The notes below the pieces were generated by a model. That model did no database searches, was not told the DNA's origin, and saw only the letters and a program-made list of their open reading frames with translations. 32,000 nucleotides of DNA, from NCBI RefSeq assembly GCF_014237875.1, contig NZ_JACJVJ010000002.1, forward strand, positions 741,300 to 773,299, read 5' to 3'. Positions 25,055 to 32,000 of this stretch are shown one piece after another (positions within the stretch are counted from its first letter, which is position 1; every line of letters begins with the position of its first letter). Made by a program: the position numbers and the translations under genes. The DNA is from Parasphingopyxis marina (GTDB lineage Bacteria; Pseudomonadota; Alphaproteobacteria; Sphingomonadales; Sphingomonadaceae).

Positions 25055-25690
25055 TCAATTCGGAATCTCCCAACGGACGCTATTGGAATAGCTTCCCGTT
25101 GTCGGGTTCCCCGCAGCGTCGAGCGCCGGCTGGAACCGCGCCCTGCGTTGCAGGTTGCGGCACGTTGCCTCGTCGAGGCCGGAAAAGCCGCTGGAACTCG
25201 TAATTTGGCAATTGGTCACCCGACCGTCAGGACCAATGGTCAGACGGAAGCCGGTCGTGCCCTGTTCCTCGTTACGAAGCGAGCGAGACGGATAGTCGGC
25301 CGTGGTCACCCAGCGTCCAGCGTTACCGCGAGCCTGAGCCGGACGCGCCTGGCTAGGCGGCGGCGGCGGCGGGGCCGGCGGCGGCGGAGTTGGCCGCGGC
25401 GGTGGCGGCGGCGGCGCGACATTCGTCCGCGGCGGCAGCTCGATACGCTGCGGCGGAGGCGTAATCGGCGGCGGCGGAATCGGAACGTCCGGCGGCGGGG
25501 GCGGCGGCTCTTCCTCGGGGGGCGGCGGCTCTTCCTCGACGTCGAAGACGTTGAGATCTTGCTGTACCTGCCTGGCGACCCGAACGGCCAAGCCCGAAAT
25601 CAGCACATAAGCCAGAACCACGTGAAGCAGGGCGACCGCGATGATCGCCATCAGCCTCCGCGTACTCATCGTCTGATCAGAATAGGCCAT
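25055..25690 (-). CDS. tonB: Energy transducer TonB
   Basis: ATG 25690 gives MAYSDQTMSTRRLMAIIAVALLHVVLAYVLI (signal anchor). Next comes a Pro/Glu-rich spacer (EEEPPPPEEEPPPPPPDVPIPPPPITPPP...), then a TonB_C-like domain (...GTTGFRLTIGPDGRVTNCQITSSSGFSGLDEATC...). The upstream 60 codons of the listed ORF look non-coding. Confidence 0.85.
   Translation of the reverse strand: MAYSDQTMSTRRLMAIIAVALLHVVLAYVLISGLAVRVARQVQQDLNVFDVEEEPPPPEEEPPPPPPDVPIPPPPITPPPQRIELPPRTNVAPPPPPPRPTPPPPAPPPPPPSQARPAQARGNAGRWVTTADYPSRSLRNEEQGTTGFRLTIGPDGRVTNCQITSSSGFSGLDEATCRNLQRRARFQPALDAAGNPTTGSYSNSVRWEIPN
25497..25538 (-). repeat. Perfect 21-bp in-frame tandem duplication in the TonB Pro-rich linker
   Basis: GGGGGCGGCGGCTCTTCCTCG x2 on the + strand, encoding EEEPPPP-EEEPPPP. 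Confidence 0.85.
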
Positions 25691-25898
25691 TAAACTAAGA
25701 AACTCCCTCCAAAGCCCGGTGTCCATAAAGCACCGGTTCATCCGGCTTTGCGAAAAGGACACTCCACCGCGAACGCGAACGCCTGCCGATGGAGTGCGAG
25801 TCACTAACCTTGGTCTGCACGATAGGCAACAGTTACCCGCTTGACCAGTTGCGTTAGAAGGCGACAACAAGCCCGAGAGCTTTCAAAAGAGGATTTTC

Positions 25899-26732
25899 AT
25901 GCGCCGATTTGCCCTTAGCATCGCCCTCGCCGGATCGCTGTTCGTCACCGCGAACAGCGCAGAATCCCAAGCGTTAGAGCCGGACACCGACCTCACCTAT
26001 GCCGATCTCGCCGATCTTGCGCTCAACGCACCGGTGGTGGCCCTTGCCGAGGTCGATCGGGCCACGCGGCTCGACGAGGAACGCGCCGTCGGCGTCGCCC
26101 CCAACCATGTCCGCTATTATGTCGAAGCGGAATTACGGACACTGATTCGCAGCCAGTCTGCGATTCCCGCCCGCGTCAGCTATCTTGTCGACATGCCGCT
26201 CGATGCCATTGGCCGGCGCCCCCGGCTGCGCGACCGGCAGGTGATCCTGCTCGCCGGAACCGTTCCGGGACGAGGCGGCGAATTGCAGCTCATCGCGGGC
26301 GACGCGCAGCTCGATTGGAGCGCACGGCGCGAGGAACAGATCAGGGCGATCCTTAACGAGGCGGCATCGGCCGACGCGCCGGGGATCGTCACGGGCGTCG
26401 GCAGCGCCTTCAGTGTGCCCGGTACCCTGCCCGGCGAAAGCGAGACCCAGATATTCCTGGCGACCAGCGACGGCCGCCCCGTCTCGATCAGCGTTCTGCG
26501 CCGCCCCAACCAGCGGCCGCGATGGATGGTTTCACTCAGCGAAATCGTCGAAAGTTCGGTGCCTCCGCCCCAGCCCAATACGCTGCTCTGGTACCGGCTC
26601 GCCTGCTTCCTGCCCGATCGGCTTCCGGATTCGGCGATGGAATCGATGGACAGCAGGCAGATAGCAACGGCACGCGCGGATTTCCGGATGGTCGTCGAAG
26701 AACTCGGCACTTGCCCCAGAACCCGGTCATAG
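25899..26732 (+). CDS. Secreted hypothetical protein (277 aa)
   Basis: MRRFALSIALAGSLFVTANSAESQA is a signal peptide. An SD (AGAGGA) lies 5 nt upstream. Codon usage is good, but I recognise no family motif. Confidence 0.7.
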   Translation: MRRFALSIALAGSLFVTANSAESQALEPDTDLTYADLADLALNAPVVALAEVDRATRLDEERAVGVAPNHVRYYVEAELRTLIRSQSAIPARVSYLVDMPLDAIGRRPRLRDRQVILLAGTVPGRGGELQLIAGDAQLDWSARREEQIRAILNEAASADAPGIVTGVGSAFSVPGTLPGESETQIFLATSDGRPVSISVLRRPNQRPRWMVSLSEIVESSVPPPQPNTLLWYRLACFLPDRLPDSAMESMDSRQIATARADFRMVVEELGTCPRTRS

Positions 26733-26740
26733 CCGGGGCG

Positions 26741-27487
26741 TCACATATTGATGAAGTCGCGCGCAAAGGCTTTTACATGCGCGCCGCCGTCAACGAAAAT
26801 CGTCTGCCCGGTCACCGCTTCGGCCTGCGCCAGCCAGGCGGCCGCATCGGCGACCTGCGCCGGAGCGGGCAGCCGCCCCAGCGGCATCGCCTGCTCCGCC
26901 CGCTCCAGGACCTCGGTGCCGTAATCGGGTGTCGGTAAGGTCAGGCCCGGCGCAACCGCATTGACGCGCACCGCCGGCGCAAGTTCGCGTGCAAGAATAT
27001 CGGTCATCGCGGACAGCGCCATCTTGGAGAGGGTGTAGCTGAACTGGTCGCCATGTGGATGGGCGATCCGCTGATCGAGGACATTGATGATCGCGCCGGG
27101 CGGTTTGCGACGCTGCGCCGCGAACGCCTTGCAGAGGACCGCCGGCGCCGCGCAGTTCACGGCGAAGTGATCGAGCAGCGCATCCATCGTCGTCGTTTCC
27201 GGCCGATCCTCGCCGAAGCGCGCGGCGCTGTTGACCAGGAGGTCCGGCGTCTTGCCGAACGCGTCGGCAATTCCCGGCAACAGGTTTTCGACCTGCACGG
27301 GATCGGAAAGATCGGCGACGAAACCCTTCCACTGGACCCCGGCCTCGTCGATCGCCTCGAGCAGCCGAAGTTCGGGTTCGGCCCGGCGCGACGCATGCAG
27401 CGCGAGCGCATAGCCCTCCGCCGCCAACCGCGCGGCGATGGCCGCACCCAGGCGGCGGCATCCTCCGGTGACGACGGCCAGCTTCAC
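26741..27487 (-). CDS. SDR-family oxidoreductase (possibly pteridine/dihydrofolate reductase-like, given coupling to folB)
   Basis: GTG start overlaps the folB stop as GTGA. (M)KLAVVTGGCRRLGAAIAARLAAEG is the TGxxxxxG Rossmann motif, and FSYTLSKMAL is the YxxxK motif. Confidence 0.85.
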   Translation of the reverse strand: MKLAVVTGGCRRLGAAIAARLAAEGYALALHASRRAEPELRLLEAIDEAGVQWKGFVADLSDPVQVENLLPGIADAFGKTPDLLVNSAARFGEDRPETTTMDALLDHFAVNCAAPAVLCKAFAAQRRKPPGAIINVLDQRIAHPHGDQFSYTLSKMALSAMTDILARELAPAVRVNAVAPGLTLPTPDYGTEVLERAEQAMPLGRLPAPAQVADAAAWLAQAEAVTGQTIFVDGGAHVKAFARDFINM

Positions 27488-27879
27488 GGGCGGTTCCGCA
27501 CCATGGTGATGCCGATCTCTTCGCCATTTTCGGAAATCGCCAGCTTTACGATGTCGATTGCGACGCGCAGCACGCGCTTGTCCTGCAGGAACATCGTTTC
27601 GGCGATATGATCGGCAACAGCCTCGATCAGCGAGAAATGCCGGTCCTTGGGTAGGCCCTCGGTCATCGCGTGTTTGAGGTCCATATAGTTTTTGGAGGCC
27701 GAAAGCGGCGTATCGGGATCGAAGCGATCGGGGGCGGCCATGTCTATGGCAACGGAAATGCGCAGCGGCTGCGGCAGTTTTGTTTCTTCGGAATAGATGC
27801 CGGTGAGCACCATGACCTCGACGTTGCGGACGTGGAGCCGCAGCAAATCGCTATCCGGGCCTATGTTTTCGATTTCCAT
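27484..27879 (-). CDS. folB: Dihydroneopterin aldolase family protein
   Basis: 131 aa: ...LHVRNVEVMVLTGIYSEETKLPQPLRISVAIDM...SKNYMDLKHAM.... From memory this is FolB-like. An SD (AAAGGAAAG) lies upstream. Confidence 0.75.
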   Translation of the reverse strand: MEIENIGPDSDLLRLHVRNVEVMVLTGIYSEETKLPQPLRISVAIDMAAPDRFDPDTPLSASKNYMDLKHAMTEGLPKDRHFSLIEAVADHIAETMFLQDKRVLRVAIDIVKLAISENGEEIGITMVRNRP

Positions 27880-27956
27880 GGGTGATTCGCGCTTTCCTTT
27901 TGCCCGCGAAGCGCTAATCGCCGCCGGCTCTTACGTAAATGGCAACACGAACAGGC

Positions 27957-28490
27957 ATGATAGAGCTCCATCCCCATTCGGCGACGACGCCCGACGCGAT
28001 CGAGGCGCTGCTCGACGCCGCCTTCGGCGCGGACCGGCACGGGCGTACCGCCTATAAGGTGCGTGCCGGGACGGCCCCGCTGGAGGAGCTGTCCTTTGTC
28101 GCGCTTGACGACGGCTTTCTTGCGGGATCGCTCCAGAGCTGGCCGGTACAGCTTGCCGCCGAGGATGGGGAAACCCTGCCCCTCGCCATGATCGGCCCCG
28201 TCGCCGTCAGCCCGGACCGGCAGAGCCAGGGTGTCGGCCGCCACATGCTGCGCGTCGTTGCCCAGCGGCTCGACCTTGCCGGGCTTTCCGCGATGCTGAT
28301 CGGCGATGCCGATTATTACGATCCGTTCGGTTTTCTCTCCGGGCCGGCGAGCGGCTGGACATTGCCCGGCCCGGTCGAGCCCCATCGCATATTGCTGCGC
28401 GCCATTCCCGGCAGCGCTTGGCCGGCCACCGGCACGCTCGGTCCGGATGCTTTGCGCTCCCGCGAGGGAATGCCTAGTCTGCAGGCATGA
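27957..28490 (+). CDS. GNAT-family N-acetyltransferase
   Basis: MIELHPHSATTPDAIEALLDAAFG...IGPVAVSPDRQSQGVGRHML contains the acetyl-CoA-binding Q/RxxGxG motif. An alternative ATG lies at 27939. Confidence 0.8.
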   Translation: MIELHPHSATTPDAIEALLDAAFGADRHGRTAYKVRAGTAPLEELSFVALDDGFLAGSLQSWPVQLAAEDGETLPLAMIGPVAVSPDRQSQGVGRHMLRVVAQRLDLAGLSAMLIGDADYYDPFGFLSGPASGWTLPGPVEPHRILLRAIPGSAWPATGTLGPDALRSREGMPSLQA

Positions 28491-29050
28491 CCGCACCGCT
28501 TGCTTCGCTGAGCCCCCATTCGCTGGCCGAAATCGCCGCGCTGGCCGAAGCGCGCAAACTTCCGCCAGTCGATAGCTGGCATCCGGCGCGCGGGGGGGAA
28601 ATCGATATCCGCATCGCGCGCGACGGCAGCTGGTATCATGAGGGCGACCGTATCGAGCGCGAGGCGCTGGTCCGGCTGTTCTCGACGATCCTACGGCGGG
28701 AATCCGATGGCGGCTACGTGCTCGTTACGCCGGCCGAAAAGCTGGCGATCGAGGTCGAGGACGCGCCCTTCGTCGCGGTCGAGATGAAGAGCGAGGCCGA
28801 AGGCGAAGCCCGCACCCTCGCCTTCCGCCTCAACACCGGGGACCTTGTCGTCGCCGGACCCGATCATCCCCTCGCGCTGAAGGAGAGCCGCGAGGGCCCC
28901 CTTCCCTATCTCCATGTTCGCGGCGGGCTGGATGCGTTGGTCGGTCGCGCCGTTTATTACGAACTGGCCGATCTCGCGCTCGCCGAAGACAATAGCCCGC
29001 TCGGCCTTTGGAGCGACGGCGCCTTTTTCGCGCTCGATCCCGAACAATGA
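28487..29050 (+). CDS. DUF1285-family protein
   Basis: The ATG overlaps the GNAT stop as ATGA. ...LPPVDSWHPARGGEIDIRIARDGSWYHEGDRIEREALVRLFSTILRRE... matches my recollection of DUF1285. In alphaproteobacteria this family is usually followed by a CoA pyrophosphatase and the CCA enzyme, as here. Confidence 0.8.
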   Translation: MTAPLASLSPHSLAEIAALAEARKLPPVDSWHPARGGEIDIRIARDGSWYHEGDRIEREALVRLFSTILRRESDGGYVLVTPAEKLAIEVEDAPFVAVEMKSEAEGEARTLAFRLNTGDLVVAGPDHPLALKESREGPLPYLHVRGGLDALVGRAVYYELADLALAEDNSPLGLWSDGAFFALDPEQ

Positions 29051-29670
29051 CCCTCGCCGAACAATTGCGCGTGTCGCTGGAACGGTCGCGCCACCGCGAG
29101 CATGAGACGACCATCTATTATAGCGACATGCGCGACACCGAATTTCCCGCCGAAGAGCCCGGCGTCGATGCCGCCGTCCTGATCCCGGTCATCGCCCGGC
29201 CGGAGCCCACTGTGCTCCTCACGCGGCGCAACGCGGATATGTCGAGCCATGCCGGGCAGGTCGCCTTTCCAGGCGGCAAGGTCGATCCCGACGACGACGG
29301 CCCGGTCAGCACGGCGCTGCGCGAGGCCGAGGAGGAAATCGGCCTGAAACCCCGGCACGTCGAAATCGTCGGCACCACCGATCTCTACCGCACCGGCACC
29401 GGCTTCCACATCACGCCGGTCATCGGCGTCATCCCGCCCGATCTCCCCCTCGCCCCGCACGAAGCGGAAGTCGCCGCGATCTTCGAAGTGCCGTTCGACG
29501 TCCTGTTCACCCCGGCCAACTATTCGGAGAAATCGCTCGAATGGCAGGGCCGGATGCGCCACTTCTTCGAAATGTACTGGGAGGAGCAACGCATCTGGGG
29601 GGCAACCGCGGCGATAATCGTCAATCTCGCGCAACGGTTCGACCTTGGCCGGCTGGAGCTGGACCGATGA
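29047..29670 (+). CDS. NUDIX hydrolase, CoA pyrophosphatase type
   Basis: ATG 29047 overlaps the upstream stop as ATGA. The NuCoA motif is LLTRRNADMSSHAGQVAFPGG and the Nudix box is GGKVDPDDDGPVSTALREAEEEIGL. Confidence 0.88.
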   Translation: MTLAEQLRVSLERSRHREHETTIYYSDMRDTEFPAEEPGVDAAVLIPVIARPEPTVLLTRRNADMSSHAGQVAFPGGKVDPDDDGPVSTALREAEEEIGLKPRHVEIVGTTDLYRTGTGFHITPVIGVIPPDLPLAPHEAEVAAIFEVPFDVLFTPANYSEKSLEWQGRMRHFFEMYWEEQRIWGATAAIIVNLAQRFDLGRLELDR

Positions 29671-30875
29671 AGCTGCCCCGCGCCGACTGGCAGGGCTGGC
29701 CCGGCATGGCGGAACTGCTCACCGTGCTCGGTGCGCGGGACGGCGAGACCCGCTTCGTTGGCGGCGCGGTGCGCGACACGCTGATGCAGCTACCGGTCTA
29801 CGATGTCGATTTCGCGACGCGGCTGACGCCCGAAGCCGTGATGCTGCGTCTCGAAGACGTAGGTATCAAGGCGGTGCCCACCGGCCTGAAACACGGCACC
29901 GTTACTGCGGTGATCGGCGAGGGCCGGCCGATCGAGATCACGACGCTGCGCCGCGACGTCGCCACCGACGGCCGCCACGCGGAGATCGAATACACCAGCG
30001 ACTGGCAGGAAGACGCCGCCCGGCGGGATTTCACGATCAACGCCCTGTCCGCCGATCCGGTAAGCGGCGAGATAGTCGATTTTTTTGGCGGTCTTGCCGA
30101 TCTCGAGGCGCGCCGCGTGCGCTTTATCGGCGATCCGCTGGAACGGATTGCCGAGGACCATCTCCGTATCCTGCGCTTTTTCCGCTTTCATGCCCGCTTC
30201 GGCCAGGGCGAGCCCGATGCGGAGGGGCTGGAAGCCGCCGTGGCGCGCGCCAACGACCTGATGGCGCTTTCGCGCGAACGGATTGCCGACGAATTGCTCA
30301 AAACGCTCGCCCTCCCGGATCCCCGGGCCACGACCCGGCTGATGATCGAACGCGGGATTTTCTCGCCCGTGCTGCCGGAGATCACGCTGGAGGGCTGGGC
30401 CGTGTTCGACCGGCTTGTCACGCGCGTGGCTACTCTTGGATACGGCCCCGATGCGGTGCGCCGCCTGGCCGCGCTGCTTCCCGCCGACGCCGACATCGCG
30501 CGCGCCGTCGCCGCGCGGCTCAAGCTTTCGCGCGCCCAGCGAACCCGGCTGGCGACCGCCGCCGCGCGTGAGACCGGCGACGCCGAACATCCCCGCGCGC
30601 TCGCTTATCGGCTGGGCATGGAAAGCGCCGCCGACCGGTTGCTGATCGGCGATGCAAGCGATGGCGACGTTGCGGCTGCGCTCGAATGCCTCGCCACCGA
30701 TCCGCCACCGCGCTTTCCGCTGAAGGGCGGCGAACTCATCGAAATGGGGCTGCCCGCCGGACCCATAGTGTCGAACGCGTTGCGCGAAATCGAGAAAAGC
30801 TGGATCGCCGAGGGCTTTCCGGACAAAGCGCGCGCGCGCGAGATCGCCCGGGCTCATATCGAGAAAACATATTAG
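29667..30875 (+). CDS. cca: CCA-adding tRNA nucleotidyltransferase / poly(A) polymerase family protein
   Basis: ATG 29667 overlaps the upstream stop as ATGA. Motifs: FVGGAVRDTLMQLPVYDVDFAT (GGxVRD...DxD) and RRDFTINAL. Confidence 0.88.
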   Translation: MKLPRADWQGWPGMAELLTVLGARDGETRFVGGAVRDTLMQLPVYDVDFATRLTPEAVMLRLEDVGIKAVPTGLKHGTVTAVIGEGRPIEITTLRRDVATDGRHAEIEYTSDWQEDAARRDFTINALSADPVSGEIVDFFGGLADLEARRVRFIGDPLERIAEDHLRILRFFRFHARFGQGEPDAEGLEAAVARANDLMALSRERIADELLKTLALPDPRATTRLMIERGIFSPVLPEITLEGWAVFDRLVTRVATLGYGPDAVRRLAALLPADADIARAVAARLKLSRAQRTRLATAAARETGDAEHPRALAYRLGMESAADRLLIGDASDGDVAAALECLATDPPPRFPLKGGELIEMGLPAGPIVSNALREIEKSWIAEGFPDKARAREIARAHIEKTY

Positions 30876-30908
30876 GCGGGCGGGCGGAAATTCCTTGGCG
30901 CAGAGAGG

Positions 30909-31370
30909 CTAGGCGGCGCTGCCCGTCGTTTCTTCGGTCACATGTACCACTTCCACGGGCTCAGCACCTTCGGCCAATGTGGCGGGATCGACGGTCACCG
31001 CCTGCTTCCGGCGCTTGATCGCGACAATCCTGATCAGCGCCCACAGGCCCAGGGTCAGGACGCCCAGCGCAATGTCGGTGACGGGACTAAAGGGCCGCGT
31101 CAGGATCGACGTCCCCTCTTCCGTCATTATGCCGGCAGCCCGATTGGCTGCATCTTCGCGCGCCAGGAGACGCTCTGCCACATCGGCTTCGCGATGATCC
31201 GCATTGAGAAGCTCGCCGCAATGCCGGCATCGTTTCGCGCGTATGGATATGGTTTCGGCGCACATCGGGCATTCGATCTGCGCGGTTTTCCCGTCGACCA
31301 GCTCACCGCTGCTCCAGTCGGCCGCAACAGGCGGTTGTGTCGGTAGGGCTTTCAGGATCGTCTCGGCCAT
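30909..31370 (-). CDS. Zinc-ribbon domain membrane protein (153 aa), unknown function
   Basis: CPMCAETISIRAKRCRHCGELL is a CxxC-N12-CxxC motif. There is one TM segment (ITDIALGVLTLGLWALIRIVAI). An SD (GGAGA) lies 8 nt upstream. Confidence 0.65.
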   Translation of the reverse strand: MAETILKALPTQPPVAADWSSGELVDGKTAQIECPMCAETISIRAKRCRHCGELLNADHREADVAERLLAREDAANRAAGIMTEEGTSILTRPFSPVTDIALGVLTLGLWALIRIVAIKRRKQAVTVDPATLAEGAEPVEVVHVTEETTGSAA

Positions 31371-31477
31371 TGCATTGTCTCCGTCGGGCGCAACCCGCTG
31401 GATGTGCCACCGTCATGACTGGGCCTCTAAGTCTTAACATCTATCCCGATTTCGCCCCTTGGCGGAATATCGGCGGA

Positions 31478-32000
31478 TCAATCGGAAAAGCGATTATCCT
31501 GCGGGAAGCCCCTTGGCGGCATTCGGCCCGCCGTGCCTCGATTGCCGAGCCAGTCGTCGAGCTCGGTTTCGGTCCGCGTTCGGCCGGTATCGCCGCCCAT
31601 CGCCCAGCTGAGGCCTTCTTCAAGCTTGAACGCGCACGCGTCCGAAAGGCCGCCATCCTTGTATTTCTGGAGGGTGATCCCCTGCCCGCGCGCCATTTCG
31701 GGAAGCGTTTCGAGTGCAAAGATCAGCAGCTTGCGGTTCTCGCCGATCACCGCGACATGATCCGCGCCTTCCGGCATCGGCCGGACGACGCGAAGCTTTG
31801 CCCCCGCCTTCACATTCACGACTTGCCGGCCCTTGCGCGTCTCGGCGACGATCTCGCCGGCCTGCGCTATAAAGCCCTTGCCCGCCGAACTGGCGAACAG
31901 GATGCGGCCATCGGGAACGACCGGCAGGAGCCCGGCTATTTCCGCGCCGTCCTCGATATCGACCATCGATCGCACGGGTTCGCCGAAACCGCGCGCGCCG
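31478..32000 (-). CDS. parC: DNA topoisomerase IV subunit A, C-terminal part (5' end beyond the right edge)
   Basis: The frame is open to nt 31999 (...GARGFGEPVRSMVDIEDGAEIAGLL...GQGITLQKYKDGGLSDACAF...). This is the beta-pinwheel C-terminal domain typical of ParC/GyrA. Choosing ParC over GyrA is from memory of the tail. Confidence 0.75.
   Translation of the reverse strand, partial: GARGFGEPVRSMVDIEDGAEIAGLLPVVPDGRILFASSAGKGFIAQAGEIVAETRKGRQVVNVKAGAKLRVVRPMPEGADHVAVIGENRKLLIFALETLPEMARGQGITLQKYKDGGLSDACAFKLEEGLSWAMGGDTGRTRTETELDDWLGNRGTAGRMPPRGFPQDNRFSD

Noticed and set aside
25330-25540. GGC/GGCGGC-rich repetitive tract (looked like a microsatellite, G-quadruplex or repeat array)
   Set aside because: It is the antisense of CCG/CCN codons that encode the TonB poly-proline spacer. 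Only the 21-bp duplication is a true repeat. There is no spacer-repeat architecture.
26254-26268. Near-palindrome CCGGAACCGTTCCGG containing GGAAC and CGTT
   Set aside because: It lies inside the coding sequence of the secreted hypothetical protein. The two elements are adjacent (spacer 0), so it is not an EcfG promoter.
3409-30857. Other long shadow ORFs: 3409..4530+, 7695..8855+, 8972..10117-, 9660..10532-, 10389..11642+, 12319..13335-, 12387..13280+, 17104..18198-, 17271..18320+, 19646..21178+, 22245..23141-, 23727..25016+, 25148..25693+, 26790..27527-, 28957..29634-, 29645..30571+, 29790..30857-
   Set aside because: Each one overlaps, in antisense or off-frame, a gene with clear family motifs. 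Each has Arg/Ala/Gly/Pro/His-dominated composition. These are expected artefacts of ~65% GC DNA.

Overview
High-GC (~65%) alphaproteobacterial chromosome, most likely Sphingomonadaceae by gene content. All family calls come from motifs read by eye; no searches were run. The window looks like ordinary core genome. It is densely coded (~94%), mostly in short operons joined by 4-nt ATGA/GTGA start/stop overlaps. Gene order left to right: tamB (partial) and tamA; a small conserved protein; a small Gly-rich membrane protein; a CI/LexA-type HTH-S24 repressor facing two tiny genes; an acidic membrane protein; a PEP-CTERM/XrtA-type glycosyltransferase; an O-antigen-ligase-like protein; an acyltransferase; DJ-1/PfpI; MscS; PutA; MaoC dehydratase and thiolase; a helical-repeat lipoprotein overlapping phaZ; an ABCB exporter; tonB-exbB-exbD-exbD; a secreted hypothetical; SDR-folB; GNAT-DUF1285-CoA pyrophosphatase-CCA enzyme; a zinc-ribbon membrane protein; parC (partial). 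I saw no rRNA, tRNA, CRISPR array, transposase, integrase or recognisable defence genes. The many long R/A/G/H-rich ORFs in the track are antisense or off-frame shadows of real genes. I do not see a clearly novel multi-gene system. The best candidate is the stand-alone S24 repressor (5261-5938). It is separated by three phased TAGGAAT/ATTCCTA palindromes from a coupled 64-aa and 106-aa gene pair, with no phage genes nearby. Secondary points: the only two perfect GGAAC-N17-CGTT (EcfG general-stress) boxes I found both lie in intergenic DNA; a 55-aa ORF missing from the track overlaps the ligase start; there are structured or AT-rich elements inside and upstream of the tonB-exbBD operon; and there are palindromes upstream of tamA and phaZ.
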